A stretch of DNA of 64,000 bases, taken from an uncultured bacterium (GTDB lineage: Bacteria; Verrucomicrobiota; Verrucomicrobiia; Limisphaerales; UBA8199). Location of the stretch: assembly GCA_963749495.1 (NCBI GenBank), contig CAVVMW010000021.1:576001-640000 (forward strand). Reading direction: 5' to 3'. Shown piece by piece: positions 18,637 through 30,176 of the stretch. Under the pieces are notes generated by a model. That model saw only the letters and a program-made list of their open reading frames with translations. It was not told the origin of the DNA and did not search any database. Each line of letters opens with the position of its first letter. Position 1 is the first letter of the stretch. The position numbers were made by a program, and so were the translations under genes.

Positions 18637-18738
18637 TAGGGGAGTATTACTGCTGCGGCAGGTGGACGCCAACCTCGGGCGTTGAGCCGAACACTTCGCG
18701 AGTGTTGACAATGGACCAGCATCTGGTTTTCTGTGCGC

Positions 18739-21700
18739 ATGAATTGCCCGGTTTGGGCTCAGGCCATTCCCGCGCTGTTGTTGGGCCTTGTTCATTGTCA
18801 AGCGGCGGCTCCGCTAGCGTGGTCTGAAGGGCCGGGATTCCGAACCGCCAAGGTGGAGCCTGTGGGCAGCGGCAAGACGGGGTTTACGTTGATGAAACCG
18901 GAACAGACCGGCGTCTGGTTCACCAATGTGCTCCAGGGCGATGCATACCTGACGAACGCAGTTGCCCACAACGGCTCCGGAGTCGCCCTGGGAGACGTGG
19001 ATGGCGACGGGTGGACCGACATTTACCTTTGCAGCTTGCAGGGCCGAAACCGGTTGTTCCGAAACCTTGGGAATTGGCACTTTCAAGAGATGGAATTGGG
19101 GGAAGCGGCTTGTGCGGGCCAATTCTCGACCGGGGCGGCCCTGGTGGACGTGGACGGTGACGGCACTCTGGACCTGCTGGTCAACGGGATTGCAGCAGGC
19201 ACGCGCCTCTTTCTGAACGACGGAAAGGGCCGGTTCACCGAAGTCAAGGACTCGGGTTTGTCGCGCACCGCATCGGCGATGTCATTGGCTTTGGCCGACA
19301 TTGATGGCGACGGTTACCTGGACCTTTACTGCACGCATTACATTGACGTGATGCACCTCGCCGATCCGACTATTCGCTTCGGCATAACGATGCGCGACGG
19401 CCGCTGGACGGTCGCCAAGGTCAATGGCGAGCCGGCCAGTTTGCCAAAGTGGAAAGATCGGTTCGAAGTGTTGCCGGGCGGCAGGGTGCGCGAACTGCCG
19501 GAGGTTCATGGCCTCTACCGCAACGACGGGCACGGTCACTTCACCGCCATTCAGTACCAAAGCGGGGTCTATATGGATGCCCAGGGCAAGCCCATTCCAC
19601 CCTATCGCGACTGGGGCCTGTCCGCCATGTTCCGCGATCTGAACGGGGATGGAGCGCCTGACCTTTACGTCTGCAACGACAATGCCTCTCCCAGCCGGGT
19701 TTGGATCAACACCGGACGCGGCACGTTCCGCGAGTTGGAACCGCTGAAGCTCCGCCACACCAGCCGGTCCTCGATGGGGATCGACATCGCCGATATCAAC
19801 CGCGACGGCCATGACGACATCTTCGTGCTCGACATGCTCGCCCGCGAGCCCGCAAGACGCATGATGCAGTTGGTGCGAGATCATTCCGACCCCCTGGAAT
19901 TCGAGCAGATCTATGCCCGGCCGCGCTACAATCGGAACACGCTGTTCCTGGGGCGCGCGGATGGGTCGTACGCCGAGGTGGGCTTGATGGCCGGCGTCGC
20001 GGCGACGGACTGGTCCTGGTGCCCCATCTTCCTGGACGTGGACCTGGATGGGTACGAGGATCTCCTGGTCAGCACGGGATTCACTTTCGACGTGATGGAC
20101 CAGGACAGCAGCGACCTGATCCGAAAGGACCGACGCATGACGCGCGAACAACTGCAACGCTCGCGCCGCCTCTATCCCGCGTGGCCGACCCGGAACGCCG
20201 CCTTCCGCAATCGCCGAGACGGCACCTTCGAACCGATGGCCGAGGCCTGGGGCTTTGATCAGGCCGGGGTCGGCAACGGCATGGCTGTGGGCGACCTGGA
20301 TAACGACGGGGACCTGGACGTGGTGATCAACAACCTCAACGGGGTCGTGAGTTTGTATCGCAATGACACCGCCGCCCCGCGAGTTGCTGTCCGGCTGAAG
20401 GGGAGGGCCCCGAACACTGAGGGGATTGGCGCGCGGGTGAAGCTGGTGAGCAACGTGCTGACCCAAAGCCAGGAGATGATCAGCGGCGGCCGCTATCTGT
20501 CTTGTGACCAGGCGATGCGGGTTTTCGCCGTTACAGAGGGACCGATGCGGCTGGAGGTGACCTGGCGCAATGGTGAGCAGAGCACCATCAGCAACGTTGA
20601 GCCCAATCACATTTATGAAGTTGACCAACTGCACGCCACAAAGGTTCCCGTCGCAGCCGCTCCGCCTTCTCCCGAACCGTTCTTCACGGACGCCACGGCC
20701 CTGCTGGGCCATACGCACCAGGACGCGGCATTTGATGACTGGGGCCGCCAACCGCTCTTGCCGCGCCGGATGAGCCGGTTGGGGCCGGGAGTGGCCTGGG
20801 CCGACGTCAACGGCGACGGCTGGGAAGACCTGATTGTTGCGTCCGGCCGTGGCGGCAAGCTGGCGGTGCTGACAAACGACCACGGAACCGCGTTCCGTGA
20901 GCTGGCCGGCGTTTCGCCCGCGCCGGCAAGCCAGGGTGCGGTGGCGACCTGGCCGGACGGGCGCGGCCGCCAATGGGTGCTGGTGGCGCGGTCAAATTAC
21001 GAATTGGGGCCGGAACAACCCAGCGAGATCACGGCTTATTCTCTGAGCAATCTCGGCGCGCCCGAACATTGGCCCGCCGGCCTGGCCAGTCTTGGGCCAA
21101 TCGCCGTGGCGGATATCGATGGCGACGGCAACCTGGACCTGTTTGTCGGGGGGCGCTTCCGGCCCGGCCACTACCCGGAACCCGTATCCTCAACCATCTG
21201 GGTCAACGAACAAGGCACGCTCAGAATGAACCCCGAGTTGAGCAAGCCCTTCCAGTCCATCGGCATGGTCAGCGGCGCAACCTTCGTTGACTTCGACGGG
21301 GACGGCCAGCCTGACCTCGCCCTGGCCATGGAGTGGGGGCCCGTGCGCCTGTTTCACAACGAGCATGGGCGGTTCCGGGAGGTGACCGCGGAATGGGGGT
21401 TGGCCGGCATAACCGGATGCTGGACGAGCATTGTGGCGGGGGATTTCGACGGCGATGGGAAGATGGACCTGGCGGTTGGCAATTGGGGGCGGAACACCTC
21501 CTACGAATTGTATCGCCCAGGCCCGTGGCGCCTTTTCTATGGCGACTGGGATGAAGACGGGGTCACCGACATCATTGAGGCCTGGCAGCGAGGGAATGAT
21601 TGGCTGCCGATGCGGGATCGGCGGGCACTGACGCCGGCTTTGCCAGATTTGCAGGCCCGCTTCCCTACCCACCAGGCCTACGGGGCCGCCACGGTGCGGG

Positions 21701-22393
21701 ATATCCTGGGCGACCGCTACCTCAAGACGTCCTTTCTCGAGGCCGTGCGCCTCGAGAACCACTGTTTTTTTGAACCGCGGCTCGCATTTCGAGGCGGTGC
21801 CCTTGCCTGCCGAAGCCCAGCATTCCCCGGTTTTCTCCATCAACGTCGGCGATTTCGATGGCGACGGGATCGAAGATCTCTTCCTGGCCCAGAATTTCTA
21901 TGGCACCGCGTCGGAACACACGCGCGACGATAGCGGCTGTGGTCTGTGGCTCCGCGGCAACGGGCGAGGAGGTTTTGCGGCCGTCGATTCGAGCATCTCC
22001 GGGGTGAAAGTGGACGGGGAACAGCGCGGCGCGGCCTTGGCCGACTTCAACCACGATGGCCGGGTGGACCTGGTGGTTTCCCAGAACAACGCGCCGACCC
22101 GGCTGTTTATCAACCGCGGCGCAAAGCGCGGCCTACGCGTCGAGCTCGAGGGACCGGCCGGCAATCCCGATGCCGTGGGCGCTCACCTGCGGGTCCTTTA
22201 CCCGGGAGGACGCGCCGGCCCCTGCCGGGCGGTTCAGGCCGGGTCGGGGTATTGGTCGCAAGATGCTGCGGCGCAAGTGCTTGGCTGCGCGGAACCGCCG
22301 GTGGCCCTTTGGATACGCTGGCCTGGCGGAAAGGAACAGACTGTCCCCATAGAAAACCACGCATGGACGCTTCGCGTGGCCTACAAGAAATGA
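18739..22393 (+). CDS. CRTAC1-like FG-GAP/VCBS + ASPIC/UnbV protein (~1217 aa; apparent +1 frameshift at ~21757)
   Basis: Signal peptide, many DxDGDG loops, ISGGRYLSCDQ and GSGYWSQD. Removing one A restores LETTVFLNRG as in the paralogues. Confidence 0.9.
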
Positions 22394-23232
22394 ACTCCTG
22401 CACGTGTCGTTTGCCTCTCGGGTCGGCCCTGCTGAGGGCTTTCCTGCTTCTCGCAGCCCTGATCGGCCAATTGGGGTGCAACCGCAAAACCTCCGAGTCT
22501 TCCGGTACTGCCGCCTCTGGCGCGGCGCCAGCCCCGCCCAAGGTCGCCCTGATCCCTTTGACCAACATGGCCGCCATCAAGCCCGGCACGTTCATGCGCA
22601 TCAAATATCCCGTCACCATCACTCACCACTTCTGGATGGGAAAGTACGAGGTGACCCAGGGCGAATTCGCGTCGGTCATGGGGCGCAATCCCAGCTACTT
22701 CACCGGCGATTCCAAGCGGCCGGTGGAAAAGGTCAGTTTCCTCGACGCCAGCAACTATTGCGCAGCCGTCACCCAGCGTGAGCGCCGGGCGGGACGCCTG
22801 CCCGCCGGCTATGAATACCGGCTTCCCACCGAAGCCGAGTGGGAATACGCCTGCCGGGCAGGAACCACCAACACCTTCAGTTTTGGCAGCGACACGAATC
22901 TGGCCGGTCAATTCGCCTGGACCGCCGAAAACAGCGCGGAGACGACACATCCGGTGGGATTGAAGCGCCCCAACCCTTGGGGACTCTACGACATGCACGG
23001 CAACGTTTGGGAATGGTGCCTTGACTGGTATGAACCCTATCCTCCAGGCCCGCTCGAGGACCCCACCGGACCGGCGAACGGCAAATACAAGGTGTTCAAG
23101 GGTGGAGGCTGGGACAAGGCTATCGAGTTTGCTCGCCCGGCCAACCGCTTCATGATGTCCCCTTCCAACGGCATCCACTTCGTCGGGTTCCGCATGGCCC
23201 TGGGCAGGATTCAGCCACGGCCAGGCCAATAG
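22390..23232 (+). CDS. formylglycine-generating-enzyme (SUMF1/FGE-sulfatase) family protein, probable lipoprotein
   Basis: ATGA-coupled to the upstream gene; LLLAALIGQLGC lipobox-like; FWMGKYEVTQ, RLPTEAEWEYACRAG, PNPWGLYDMHGNVWEWC, VGFR. Confidence 0.9.
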   Translation: MNSCTCRLPLGSALLRAFLLLAALIGQLGCNRKTSESSGTAASGAAPAPPKVALIPLTNMAAIKPGTFMRIKYPVTITHHFWMGKYEVTQGEFASVMGRNPSYFTGDSKRPVEKVSFLDASNYCAAVTQRERRAGRLPAGYEYRLPTEAEWEYACRAGTTNTFSFGSDTNLAGQFAWTAENSAETTHPVGLKRPNPWGLYDMHGNVWEWCLDWYEPYPPGPLEDPTGPANGKYKVFKGGGWDKAIEFARPANRFMMSPSNGIHFVGFRMALGRIQPRPGQ

Positions 23233-23356
23233 CCTGAGCAACATCTCGGGACGTTGTTCAAGCCGCTGGAAACACGCCGCTGAGCGGAGAGCGCCTCCCC
23301 AGGGAGGAGCTTCCGGGATGCCCCCTCAAAAAAGAGAGAATTCCGTCAGAAAACGC

Positions 23357-23385
23357 TTGCCAAGATCGGAAGCAGCGGTTAGACT
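23357..23385 (+). promoter_or_regulatory. sigma70-type promoter
   Basis: TTGCCA-N17-TAGACT upstream of 23432; the leader ends in (TAAAAGACCAAC)x2 immediately before the ATG. Confidence 0.55.
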
Positions 23386-23431
23386 TGCTGCTCCCAGTAG
23401 CCACAATTAAAAGACCAACTAAAAGACCAAC

Positions 23432-26239
23432 ATGAAAAGCTCACCCCTTAAGGCTCTACCGGCCTTGGCCCTCTGCGTGTTCGGGCTGAGTGCGGCGGCC
23501 TGCGACATTGAACCAGGGAAAGAATTCTACACCGTCATCTATGCCCCCAAACCCATCGTCATTGATGGTGACCTCTCGGAGTGGTCGGGGGTGCCGGTGC
23601 TTTCGGATCCGAAATTCGCGGTTCCCAAGTACTCGGGCACAAACGCCAACCCCAATTATGTTCTGTTCGAGCCGTATAACGGCGGAACTTGGAGCGGGCC
23701 GGACGATCTAACCTCGGCCGTTCAGATCGTCTATGACGCCGACAATGTGTACTTCGGTTTCACCGTGACGGACGATTACCATGAAAACATGTCCGGCAAC
23801 GCCTGGAACGGCGATTCTGTCCAATTGATGATCGCCGATGCAACACGGACCCAGCAAATTGCGCTCTACAATTACGCGTTGGGCGGCTACGAAGACAATA
23901 TCTTGCCGAACAAGAATGGGAACTTCATCGCCGATACGAGTTTGCCTGACCCGGTTATGATCAACCACGAGGCGGGTCCGGCCGCGGATCCAACCTGTAA
24001 CTGTGCAACGACAGCGGTCATTAAGCGCGACTCCGTAAACAAGAAGACCATTTACGAAATCCAACTGCCGAAGGCGGCTCTCGGTCTGACGACGTTGAAA
24101 GGCGGAGTGCAGTTCGGATTGGGCATGGCGATCAATGACGGCGACGGGGCGCTGGTCAATGGAGTGCAGTACCGGGGAAGCGGGCCAGGAGGGTCAATGT
24201 GGCTGGGGCGGCTTGGGTTGCCACGCGATCGTTTTCGGGAAAACGCCCTCGGAGTGTGCCCTGATCACCCTTGCCACGAACAACGACATTGAACCCTCGA
24301 AGCAGTATTACACGGCCTTGCGCACGACCAATACCATCGTCATTGACGGCGTCCTCTCGGAATGGACGGGAGCCCCGGTGCTTTCGGATCCCAAATTCGC
24401 GGTGCCCAAATATTCAGGCACAAACGATAACCCCACCTACGTCTTGTTCGAGCCGTATAACGGCGGGACTTGGTCCGGGCCGGACGATCAAACCTCGGCC
24501 GTTCAGATCGTCTATGACGACAACAATGTGTACTTCGGTTTCACCGTGACGGACGATTACCATGAAAACATGTCCGGCAACGCCTGGAACGGTGATTCCG
24601 TCCAGTTGATGATCGCCGATGCAACACGGACCCAGCAAATTGCGCTCTACAATTACGCCTTGGGCGGCTACGAAGACAATATCTTGCCGAACAAGAATGG
24701 GAACTTTGTCGCCGATACGAGTTTGCCTGACCCGATTATGATCAACCACGAGGCGGGTCCGGCCGCGGATCCAACCTGTAACTGCGCAACGACAGCGGTC
24801 ATCAAGCGCGACTCCGTCAACAAGAAGACCATTTACGAAATCCAACTGCCCGCCGCCGCTTGCGGCCTGACGCCCCCGCTGACAAACGGCACGCAGTTCG
24901 GACTGGGCATGGCGATCAACGACGGCGACGGGGCGCTGGTCAATGGAGTGCAGTACCGGGGAAGCGGGCCAGGAGGGTCAATGTGGCTGGGGCGGCTTGG
25001 GTTGCCACGCGATCGTGTTCGGCAAGACCCCGTCGGAGACCGCGCTTGTGACGCTGGGCGGTACGATTTCAGGGTCTGATCGCCTGTTTTTGTCCACCAT
25101 CAATCCGATCATGACCGGTTTTTCATTTCGGGTGACGGACAAGGGGGCCTCGATCCTGGATCCGACCAGCGTCAAGGTGACCATTGACGGTCAGCCTGTC
25201 ACAATGACCGCCAGCCCCAAGCACCTCGACTCGACCGATTTCACGTACATTGCCCCCACGCCGTTCCCTCCGAATTCCCAACACACCTACACCATCCTGG
25301 TAAAGGACACGGGCGGTGACGTCGTGACGGACTCTGACACCTTCAGGATCGCCTACTACGCCATCCTGACCAAAGCCATGCAGGCGGTGTCGGTGGACAA
25401 GACCAAGCCCGGGTTCATCTGGAACGTGTACCAGAACGACGACGCGCCGCCGGTGCCGAACGACCTCGCCGATGCGGAGGCGGCGCTGGCAGGTCAGTTG
25501 ACGGACCCGTTCAACGGGTCTCGTGCTGCCTAACTCGGCTGACCCGACACAGACCGGACCAACGACCTCCCAGGGCGTCCTGGTCGGTGGGCTTTACCAG
25601 TGGGTGATTCCGTCGGTGATCAACCTGAACCTGATGGGTGGCAACTCGAGCGGGCACTTCTCACCGGACGACCAGATGCCAGGCATCCCGGGCACCTCCG
25701 GCAACGGGACCGACGGCATCAACGCCGAAGTGAGGACGTTTGTCAGCTTGCCGGCGGGTTGGGTCTCGTTGGCCGTGGTCAGCGACGACAGCTTCCGCGT
25801 CCAAGCCGGCTATATCAACAAGCCTGCCGACGGCATACTCATTGCTCAAGTTGACGCCAATACGGCCAATGAGGTCGATAAGTTCTTGGTCCAAGATGCG
25901 GGGATTTACCCCATTCGAGTCCTCTATCAGAATGCCACGGGTAACGCATATATGGAGCTCTCTACGGTCTTGACTAACGGCAACTACGCGCTTCTGAACG
26001 ACACCACCAACGGTGGCTTCGCGTGCTATTACAGCGGGGTCGCCCCGAACAAACCGAGCACCTTCAGCCTCGCGATTCAGGTTGTTGGCGGCAAGATCCA
26101 GATCACTTGGACGCAGCCCGGGGTTGTTCTGCAGCAATCCACCGACCTCAAGACCTGGACGGACGTGACCAGCGCCACGTCGCCATACACTCCCGTGGTG
26201 ACTGGCACATCAGCGAAGTTCTATCGGCTCAAGCAATAG
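23432..26239 (+). CDS. secreted protein with two tandem CBM9/DOMON-like domains, Ig-like and PA14-like regions and C-terminal FYR domain (three apparent +1 frameshifts)
   Basis: Signal peptide; IVIDGDLSEW...YFGFTVTDD...WNGDSVQL...YEIQLP...MAINDGD repeated at 784-nt spacing; SDDSFRV...GIYPIRVLYQN; tail ITWTQPGVVLQQSTDLKTWTDVTSATSPY...KFYRLKQ. Shifts at ~24172, ~24956 and ~25517. Confidence 0.8.
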
Positions 26240-26264
26240 CGCCTGCTGAGTTGCCGACTGACAC

Positions 26265-26288
26265 GGGACCGGACGAAAGTCCGGTCCC
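26265..26288. terminator. hairpin between convergent genes, probable terminator
   Basis: GGGACCGGAC-GAAA-GTCCGGTCCC, a perfect 10-bp stem; no U-tract. Confidence 0.55.
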
Positions 26289-26351
26289 TGGAGCCCACTG
26301 CTCGCCCAGCAGGCTTGCCAAGTCCAGCGAGGGTGGCCGTCAATCCTCGCT

Positions 26352-29300
26352 CTACCGCGACTGGCCTCCGGGCGCCCGCGCCTGGAAGTCCACGGTCAAG
26401 GCGCGGGCGCCTTTGGGGACGGGGGTGAGGGTGGTCTTGCCGCCGGGCCAGCGGACCCAGACGGCGGAGGGCGGCTCGGGCGTGGCCATCACTTGGACGG
26501 CGCTGTCTTGGGACCAGTAGCCGCTGCCGGCATGAACTTCCCGCGCGGGCCCCCACCGCTGCCCAAAGCGCAGCCGCAGCACACCCCCCACCCCGGTCGG
26601 ATTGCCCGAGGGCCCCGCCAGCCGGACGCGGAGCCCGGGCCTGGCCCCGACGTTGTGGTAAAGCTTGGTTTGCGCGCCATTCTGGCTTACGGCGAGGTCC
26701 ACCCGTCCATCGCCATCGAAATCGCCGACGGCTGCGCCGCGCTGTTCGCCATAGACCGCGACGCCGCTCTCCGAGCCGGGAACGGCACGGAAGCCTCCAT
26801 GGCCGTTGCCCTGCAACCACAATCCGCGTCCGGCATCGCAGCGGGGAACTTTGGGCTGCGTCGCAAAGAAGTTCTGGCTCAAGAAGACGTCCTCGTTGCC
26901 ATCGCCGTCAAAATCGGCCACGCAGGCCGCGAAGGCGGGGGCAAACTGCGCCTCGCGGGGCAGCGGGACAGCGAGGAAATGGTTGGTGCGGTTCAGGAAG
27001 AGGGTCGAGCAGAGGGTGGTGACGGAGAGACGGCGGGCCTTGGCGAGGGCGGGGCCGGCGATGTCCTGGAGGGTGGCCCGCGCATAAGCCGCGTAGGTGG
27101 GGAAACGAGCGCGCAGGAAGGGAAGGGCTTCTGCCAAGGCGTCGAGATCACGCTCGGGCACCTCGAGGCGCGTGGCCGGGTCGCGGGTGGCTTCCAGCAA
27201 GTTCAGGGCGCCGCTGCCGTCGAAGTCGCCCGCGTAGAGCACGTATGGGAACTCAGGGCTGGCGTGTTGCACGGTGTTGAGCCCCCAGTTGGTGGCCAGG
27301 ATGTCCAGGTTGCCATCGCCGTCGAAATCGCCCACCGTCACGCCGTTCCACCAGCCCAGGAAGGCTGCCAGACCCAGGTCGGCGGTCACCTCGCGCAAGC
27401 GGCCGCCGTCGTTGTGAAACACCCGAACAGGCCCCCATTCGCAGGCTAGAATCAGTTCCGGCCAGCCGTCGCCGTCCAGATCGCTCCAGACTGCTCCGCT
27501 GACCATCCCGACATCTGCCAACCGTGCGGTGTTTTCGGCATCCGACTCCCAAACGCCTTGGCGCCGGCGCCACAGTTGCGATTGCGCAGGTTCCGGGTAA
27601 CGGCCCGGCACGCTTCGCCCGCCAACGAACAGGCCCAGTTGGCCGGTCCCTTCGTAGTCGGCCATAGCCAAGGGCCCCGCGCTGGAGCCGCCGGCGGGGA
27701 TGACATCCACCGCCGCCGCCTGGCCTGGCGCGAACTCCTGGACGGCCGCGCCCGCCGCCTGCCCGTCCTCGTAATTGGCCGTGCCGACGAGCAGACCGCG
27801 GGTTCCGTCAGAACGGTTCCAGCCCAGGACGGTGGTTTGGTCGCGCAGGGCCGCCTGGTTCCAGGGAGCACCGTCGAGAAGCTGGAAATGGCCCTGGCCG
27901 TCGTTGTGGAAAACGGCCAGTCGTCCTCCCTTGCCAGTGGCCACAGCCAAATCCTCCCATCCATCGCCATCCACATCGAACCAGGCCACCCCTGGCCCAA
28001 GCTGGCTCAAACGGCGCGGCAGCAGAGGTTGGCGCTCGAAATCGTCGAAGGGGTCCTCATGATGGGCATGCCGGAGCCGGTCGCTGACGTCCTCGAACAC
28101 CGGGGGCGGGGCCGGTGGGGCGCTGGGATTGACCTGGCTTTGCGCTGCGGGTTGCGGCCCGGTATCGGCCGGCTCGAAGATCTCATAGAGGCAGTTTGGC
28201 CGGGCGTCGGCGACGGTGCTGCGGCGGCCGCTGCGCCAAGCCACATCGATGCGCAGCCGGTTGGTGAGACTGAATGCCGCGAAGACGCGCTCGGCCTGGT
28301 CGCAGGACAAATATCTGCCGCCGCACATCATCTCCTGGCTTTGTGTGACCGGTCCGCCGCTGACGGTAATGCGGGCGCCTATGCCGGCGGTGTTGGGCGG
28401 GCGGCCTTTGAGCCGCACGGCCACGCGCGGGGCGGCCGATTCGTTGCGGTAAACCCCGAGCGCGCCGTTGAGGTTGTTGACGACGAGGTCCAGGTCCCCA
28501 TCATTGTCCAGGTCGGCCAAGGCCATGCCGTGAGCGACGCCGACCTGGTCAAAGCCCCAGGCCGCGCCGCACTCCGAGAACGTCAGGTCGCCGCGATTGC
28601 GGAAGGCCAGCTTCGCCTGCCTGAGCGGCGGCAGCATGAGCAGTTTCCCAGGAACCTTCGAGGGGGGATAGGGTCCGTTGGCCGCGATGCGCGCCTGGGC
28701 ATCGCCGTCCTGGGTGTCGAACATATGACCGGTGCTGGCCAGCACGTCCTCGAAGCCATCGAGGTCCACATCCAGGAAGAGGATCGACCAGTTCCATTCG
28801 CAGTTGTCCAGCCCGGCATACGCGGCAATTTCGGCGTATGTGCCGTCGCCTCGATTCCATTGCAGCGCCGTCCGGTCCAGTTGCGGGCGGTCTGAGAAGT
28901 CGCCGACCGTGATCGTGTAGGGCCCCATGGCGGCGATCTGCATGAGGCGGCGCCCACGGTCGCGGCTCAACATGTCCGAGACCAGGATGTCATCCCGGCC
29001 GTCGCGGTCAACGTCGGCAAAATCCACCGCCATCGAGAACGTCGGGGTGTGCCGGATGGCCAGTTGCGGGATGGCTCGAAAATGGCCGTGACCGTCATTG
29101 ATCCAAATGCGGTCTGGGGAATGGAAGTCATTGCAGACGTAGAGATCGGGAAGTCCGTCGCCGTTGAGGTCGCGAAAGGCGGCGGTCAAGCCCCAATCGA
29201 GCGGGGCCTCCCGGAGGGGGTGACCCGCTTCGTCCAGGAACGTGCCGTCGGTCCACGACAGCGGAGTGAAATGTCCGTGGCCGTCGTTGCGGTAGAGGAT

Positions 29301-30080
29301 GTCGGGCTCGCCATTTTCGAGCACCCGCCCTTGAGGGGTGAGTTCGAGGTGGCCCCGGTCTTGGGGCAGGATCATGCGGCGCCCGCCCATGGTGAGCAGG
29401 GAGAAGCCGGTGGTGCGCACCGTGGTGGTTCGATAGTTGGCGACATACAAATCGAGCGTGCCATTGCCGTCAATGTCCGCCAGCGTGGAGGTCATGGCCC
29501 CGTATTCATGGGCCAGGCCCGAGTCCCGGGCCTCGGTGAAATGTCCGTGCCCGTCATTCAAGAAGAGCCGCGTGCCGGTTCCGATGCCGTTAATCAGGAG
29601 GTCCAGAGTCCCGTTTCCGTCCACGTCGGCAAACGTGGCGCCGGTCGAGAAATTGCCGGGAAAATCCAGGCCGGCCGAGGCGGTAACATTGGTGAAGCGC
29701 CACCCGCCAAGGTTCTTGTAGAGGGCAACCTTCCCTTCATAGGAGCAGACGAAGATGTCGCACAAACCGTCCCCATCAACATCTCCCAGGGCCACGCCCG
29801 AGCCATTCATGCGGATTTGGTTTTGGGCGGCGTTCTGCTCACTCAAGGTGTTGGTGAAGTCAATGCCGGTTTGTCGAGGATCCATCAGGGTGAAGCCCGC
29901 ATGGCCCGTTGCCGGAACCTGCAGGGGGATACAGCGGTACTCGGTTGTTTGGCCGCTGACGCCGGCGGCCAGCAGGAGGATGACGAATGACGAATGACGA
30001 ATGACGAATGACGAAACTGCGCACACGGGTAAAATCCGGCATAGGCCCTTTGTCATTCGCCATTTGCTTCGGTTATTCAT
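26352..30080 (-). CDS. CRTAC1-like FG-GAP/VCBS + ASPIC/UnbV protein (start uncertain: 30131/30080/30056)
   Basis: GIDFTNTL, MNGSGVALGDVDGDG, MCGGRYLSCDQ, REVHAGSGYWSQD; intact ORF. Confidence 0.9.
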   Translation of the reverse strand: MNNRSKWRMTKGLCRILPVCAVSSFVIRHSSFVILLLAAGVSGQTTEYRCIPLQVPATGHAGFTLMDPRQTGIDFTNTLSEQNAAQNQIRMNGSGVALGDVDGDGLCDIFVCSYEGKVALYKNLGGWRFTNVTASAGLDFPGNFSTGATFADVDGNGTLDLLINGIGTGTRLFLNDGHGHFTEARDSGLAHEYGAMTSTLADIDGNGTLDLYVANYRTTTVRTTGFSLLTMGGRRMILPQDRGHLELTPQGRVLENGEPDILYRNDGHGHFTPLSWTDGTFLDEAGHPLREAPLDWGLTAAFRDLNGDGLPDLYVCNDFHSPDRIWINDGHGHFRAIPQLAIRHTPTFSMAVDFADVDRDGRDDILVSDMLSRDRGRRLMQIAAMGPYTITVGDFSDRPQLDRTALQWNRGDGTYAEIAAYAGLDNCEWNWSILFLDVDLDGFEDVLASTGHMFDTQDGDAQARIAANGPYPPSKVPGKLLMLPPLRQAKLAFRNRGDLTFSECGAAWGFDQVGVAHGMALADLDNDGDLDLVVNNLNGALGVYRNESAAPRVAVRLKGRPPNTAGIGARITVSGGPVTQSQEMMCGGRYLSCDQAERVFAAFSLTNRLRIDVAWRSGRRSTVADARPNCLYEIFEPADTGPQPAAQSQVNPSAPPAPPPVFEDVSDRLRHAHHEDPFDDFERQPLLPRRLSQLGPGVAWFDVDGDGWEDLAVATGKGGRLAVFHNDGQGHFQLLDGAPWNQAALRDQTTVLGWNRSDGTRGLLVGTANYEDGQAAGAAVQEFAPGQAAAVDVIPAGGSSAGPLAMADYEGTGQLGLFVGGRSVPGRYPEPAQSQLWRRRQGVWESDAENTARLADVGMVSGAVWSDLDGDGWPELILACEWGPVRVFHNDGGRLREVTADLGLAAFLGWWNGVTVGDFDGDGNLDILATNWGLNTVQHASPEFPYVLYAGDFDGSGALNLLEATRDPATRLEVPERDLDALAEALPFLRARFPTYAAYARATLQDIAGPALAKARRLSVTTLCSTLFLNRTNHFLAVPLPREAQFAPAFAACVADFDGDGNEDVFLSQNFFATQPKVPRCDAGRGLWLQGNGHGGFRAVPGSESGVAVYGEQRGAAVGDFDGDGRVDLAVSQNGAQTKLYHNVGARPGLRVRLAGPSGNPTGVGGVLRLRFGQRWGPAREVHAGSGYWSQDSAVQVMATPEPPSAVWVRWPGGKTTLTPVPKGARALTVDFQARAPGGQSR
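29980..30014. repeat. (ATGACGA)x5 heptamer tandem repeat inside the signal-peptide coding region
   Basis: Five perfect units; encodes SSFVIRHSSFVI on the minus strand. Confidence 0.9.
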
Positions 30081-30176
30081 GATTTGATTCGGATGTGAGG
30101 TTCGAGGCCGTTGCCATTCGTCATTCCTCATTCAGCCCCTCGCCGCCCGTCCGAGTGAGAACTGGCCTTTCCAAGG

